Below, piece by piece: positions 17,220 to 20,000 of a DNA stretch of 20,000 nt. Below the pieces are notes generated by a model, which was not told the DNA's origin, did no database searches, and saw only the letters and a list, made by a program, of their open reading frames with translations. The translations under genes were made by a program, and so were the position numbers. Numbering within the stretch: position 1 is the first letter of the stretch; each line of letters starts with the position of its first letter. The stretch is from Acidimicrobiia bacterium (GTDB lineage: Bacteria; Actinomycetota; Acidimicrobiia; Spongiisociales; JAENVV01): the NCBI GenBank assembly GCA_041577335.1, contig JBFGJH010000001.1:112432-132431 (forward strand). The letters run 5' to 3'.

Positions 17220-18587
17220 ATCCAACGGGTCGTTGTCGTCGCCAATCGTCTTCCCGTGTCTTGGAACGGGACCAGCTGGGAGACCAGCCCGGGGGGGCTG
17301 GTCCGCGCTCTCGGGCCCGTTCTGCGGCGAACAGAGGGATCCTGGGTCGGTTGGCCGGGCATACCCGACATGGACGTCGAGCCGTTCGAGCATGAGGGGA
17401 TCGATCAGCGGCCCGTACGCCTGAGTGAGGCGGAGATCGAAGGGTTCTATTTCGGATTCTGTAACGGAACGCTCTGGCCCCTCTATCACGATGCCGTGGT
17501 AGCACCCGAGTTTCACCGCCACACGTGGCGACCCTATGTCGAAGTCAACCGCAGCTACACCGAGGCTGCCGCCGCGGCGATGAGTCCCGGTGACATCGCC
17601 TGGATACAGGACTACCAACTTCAGCTCGTGCCCAGCATGCTGCGCGCCTCGCAACCCGACGCCACCATCGGCTTCTATCTCCACATACCCTTCCCTCCCA
17701 TCGAGCTGTTCTCCCGGCTGCCGTGGCGCAAAGAGATCGTGGAAGGCCTGCTCGGAGCCGACGTCATTGCCTTTCAGACACGCCGCAGCGCCGAACACTT
17801 CGCCCGAGCCGCCCGCCGCTTCGCCGGGGCCGAGGCAATCGGAAGACGAGACCTTCGATGGAACGGCCGCGAGATCCATCTTCAGCCTGCTCCGATAGCG
17901 ATCGATCCCTCCGAGTTCGAGCGGATGGCCCGCTCCCCCGAGGTTCAACAACGAGCCAAGGAGCTCAGAGCGGAACTCGGAGACCCCGAAACGCTGATCC
18001 TCGGCATCGACCGACTGGACTACACCAAAGGCATCGACCTCCGGCTCAAATCGGTGGCCGGGCTACTCGAGGGGGTACCGCGTGACGAGCGCAAGTACGC
18101 GTTCGTGCAGGTGGCAGTTCCCAGCCGAGAACAGGTTCCGGCCTACCAAGAGCTTCGCGAGCAGGTGGAACAGCTGGTCGGGAGGATCAACGGCGATTTT
18201 GGGACTGCTGGATTCGTTCCCGTTTCGTACTTCTATCGCACCGTGCCCTTCGAGGAGCTCGTCGCCCTCTACGTGGCGGCAGACGTCATGCTGGTCACCC
18301 CGCTGCGTGACGGCATGAACCTCGTCGCCAAGGAGTACGTGGCGTGCCGGGTCAACGGAGACGGCGTGTTGGTGTTGAGCGAATTCGCCGGAGCCGCCGA
18401 ACAGTTGACCGCCGCCGTCATCGTCAATCCGCACGACGTCGATGGTGTCACCACCGTGCTGCGGCATGCGGCTTCCCTGCCCGAGGATGAGGTCAGAGCC
18501 CGGATGAGAAAACTCCAACAGGTCGTCCGGCGGAACGATGTGTTCGAATGGGCCAAGCTGTGTCTGGCCGAGCTCTCGATCCGATGA
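17220..18587 (+). CDS. otsA: Trehalose-6-phosphate synthase (GT20)
   Basis: [55 protein letters not shown] and LSEFAGAA. Start placed at ATC 17220 (see finding). The ORF track gives GTG 17256. Confidence 0.93.
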   Translation: MQRVVVVANRLPVSWNGTSWETSPGGLVRALGPVLRRTEGSWVGWPGIPDMDVEPFEHEGIDQRPVRLSEAEIEGFYFGFCNGTLWPLYHDAVVAPEFHRHTWRPYVEVNRSYTEAAAAAMSPGDIAWIQDYQLQLVPSMLRASQPDATIGFYLHIPFPPIELFSRLPWRKEIVEGLLGADVIAFQTRRSAEHFARAARRFAGAEAIGRRDLRWNGREIHLQPAPIAIDPSEFERMARSPEVQQRAKELRAELGDPETLILGIDRLDYTKGIDLRLKSVAGLLEGVPRDERKYAFVQVAVPSREQVPAYQELREQVEQLVGRINGDFGTAGFVPVSYFYRTVPFEELVALYVAADVMLVTPLRDGMNLVAKEYVACRVNGDGVLVLSEFAGAAEQLTAAVIVNPHDVDGVTTVLRHAASLPEDEVRARMRKLQQVVRRNDVFEWAKLCLAELSIR

Positions 18588-18645
18588 TCGATGACTGTCT
18601 CGCCGCCGCCATTGCAGAGGTGCTGGGGACGATCGCGGCCATCGG

Positions 18646-20000
18646 TCAGTCGTTGCGAGCCTGATTCAGCAAACGGCGAACGCCAAACAGGGGAACGGCG
18701 ACCCACGACGGGCGATTCTCCAGCTCCCAGCGCAGCTCTCTGAGCCCGCGAGCCAAGGCATAGGCGCCCAGGAGGAGATCGACGTGGTCGGCCTCATCAG
18801 GGACGAGGGGCGAGCCCGCCATTTCGTCGAGATACGACTCGACATATCGTGCACCGGCGAGCTCCGACCACCAGGCGGCTCGCGCCCAGGCCGGCTCTTT
18901 GCGATCGAGGCCGGCGGATCCCGCCACGTAGTCCAGGGACCGCAACATCTGGGCGACATCGCGCAGCGGCGACGCACGAAGACGGCGCTCGCCCAGAGGA
19001 AGCGTGTGATCGCCGGTGAGGTCCGTGAGCATGAAGTCGCCTTCGGTCGCGATGACGGCGTCGAGTCGAAAGTCACCATGAACCCGGATCCTCTGGCCCG
19101 TCATGGGTTCGCGCCGGATCAGATCAAGCCGGGCCAGCATCTCGCCTTCAGCTCTCATGACGTCTTCCATGACCTCCTGGACGTCACTGCTCATTCCGCT
19201 GACGACCCGCCCCAGGTACGCCAGCTCGTATCGCACGTTCCCACGGAGGGACTGATAGAGGGACTGTTGATACAGCGTGCTGAACAGCAGTGGCCGCAAT
19301 TCTGGATCTTCGCTGAGTGAGCCCAACGACTGGTGGAGCTCGGCAGTGAGTCTGCCTAGTTGACCTACGCGTTCGAGCGTTGGCGCCAAACCCTTGACCA
19401 CCCATGCAGGCGGAGCATGATCGGCAGTGGCCCATCGATTGGCGGTCGGCCACGGCGGCTCGTCTGACTTCGCGGTGGAGCTGAGCCACTTGGAACAGAG
19501 GCGGTACAGCTCTTCGAAAGCGTCGGAGTCGCTCACCAGGGAACGCTGCAGAACTCCGAAAGTACATGCTTCACCCGACTGATACTCCGACGAGCCGAGA
19601 ACCTCGGAGAGGTTCACAAAACCAGACCTCTCAGTCAAGAAACGCCGCAGCTCTACGTCGGGGTTGATCCCCGGCTCCACCGACCGAAATACCTTGACCG
19701 TGAGCTCCGAGCCAAAGTCAGCAAATGTCTCTCCTTCGGCGCTCTCACGGACAGAAGCGAGGGTGCCCATCTCATCGAGTGAGCCCACATCGAGCCCATC
19801 CACCACAAGCGGCGCGACGACGGGTTGAAACACCACCGTCCCCGCCCGGCCCAAGATGGTCCGCCCTTCCAGGTGGTCGCGGAGCAGCCGGTCGAGAAAC
19901 CGCTGATCGTACAAAGCGTCATAGAGGACACCGTGCTCACCGTCCGCCAGGATCTCGGCGATCGCCGGCCGAGGGTCGTGGTCGTCATCGCCGTTGCCGA
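18646..20000 (-). CDS. Maltokinase (Mak/Pep2)-like phosphotransferase domain, possibly the C-terminus of a TreS-Mak fusion (start lies beyond the right edge)
   Basis: The frame stays open to the edge (…[12 protein letters not shown]). Motifs [42 protein letters not shown] and [17 protein letters not shown]. Confidence 0.85.
   Translation of the reverse strand, partial: GNGDDDHDPRPAIAEILADGEHGVLYDALYDQRFLDRLLRDHLEGRTILGRAGTVVFQPVVAPLVVDGLDVGSLDEMGTLASVRESAEGETFADFGSELTVKVFRSVEPGINPDVELRRFLTERSGFVNLSEVLGSSEYQSGEACTFGVLQRSLVSDSDAFEELYRLCSKWLSSTAKSDEPPWPTANRWATADHAPPAWVVKGLAPTLERVGQLGRLTAELHQSLGSLSEDPELRPLLFSTLYQQSLYQSLRGNVRYELAYLGRVVSGMSSDVQEVMEDVMRAEGEMLARLDLIRREPMTGQRIRVHGDFRLDAVIATEGDFMLTDLTGDHTLPLGERRLRASPLRDVAQMLRSLDYVAGSAGLDRKEPAWARAAWWSELAGARYVESYLDEMAGSPLVPDEADHVDLLLGAYALARGLRELRWELENRPSWVAVPLFGVRRLLNQARND

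Noticed and set aside
17197..17424. GTG 17197 ORF as the otsA start via frameshift
   Set aside because: It is in a different frame, lacks an SD and shows no obvious slippery site. The SD spacing points to ATC 17220.

Overview
GC-rich, gene-dense chromosomal window that looks actinobacterial (inferred from DlaT/LpdA/LipA organisation, TreS/Pep2-type genes and apparent leaderless genes). Left to right it holds: the 5' end of transketolase (-); a sulfate-activation operon (Sat-CysC fusion, SLC13/TrkA-C permease, CysQ-like phosphatase); an OmpR-family two-component system divergent from a secreted low-complexity protein; a minus-strand run of lpdA, a two-lipoyl-domain E2, a lipB-lipA fusion, a hypothetical protein and an M24 peptidase; two small + strand genes that the ORF track missed or truncated; a GH13 alpha-glucosidase; otsA; and a divergent maltokinase-like domain at the right edge. 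The best find is a candidate 100-aa selenoprotein at 15234-15536. It has two in-frame TGA codons, each followed 17-20 nt later by a hairpin with the same GGUC loop as the E. coli fdhF SECIS. Second is an apparent AUC start codon for otsA. No mobile elements, CRISPR arrays, rRNA or tRNA were recognised.
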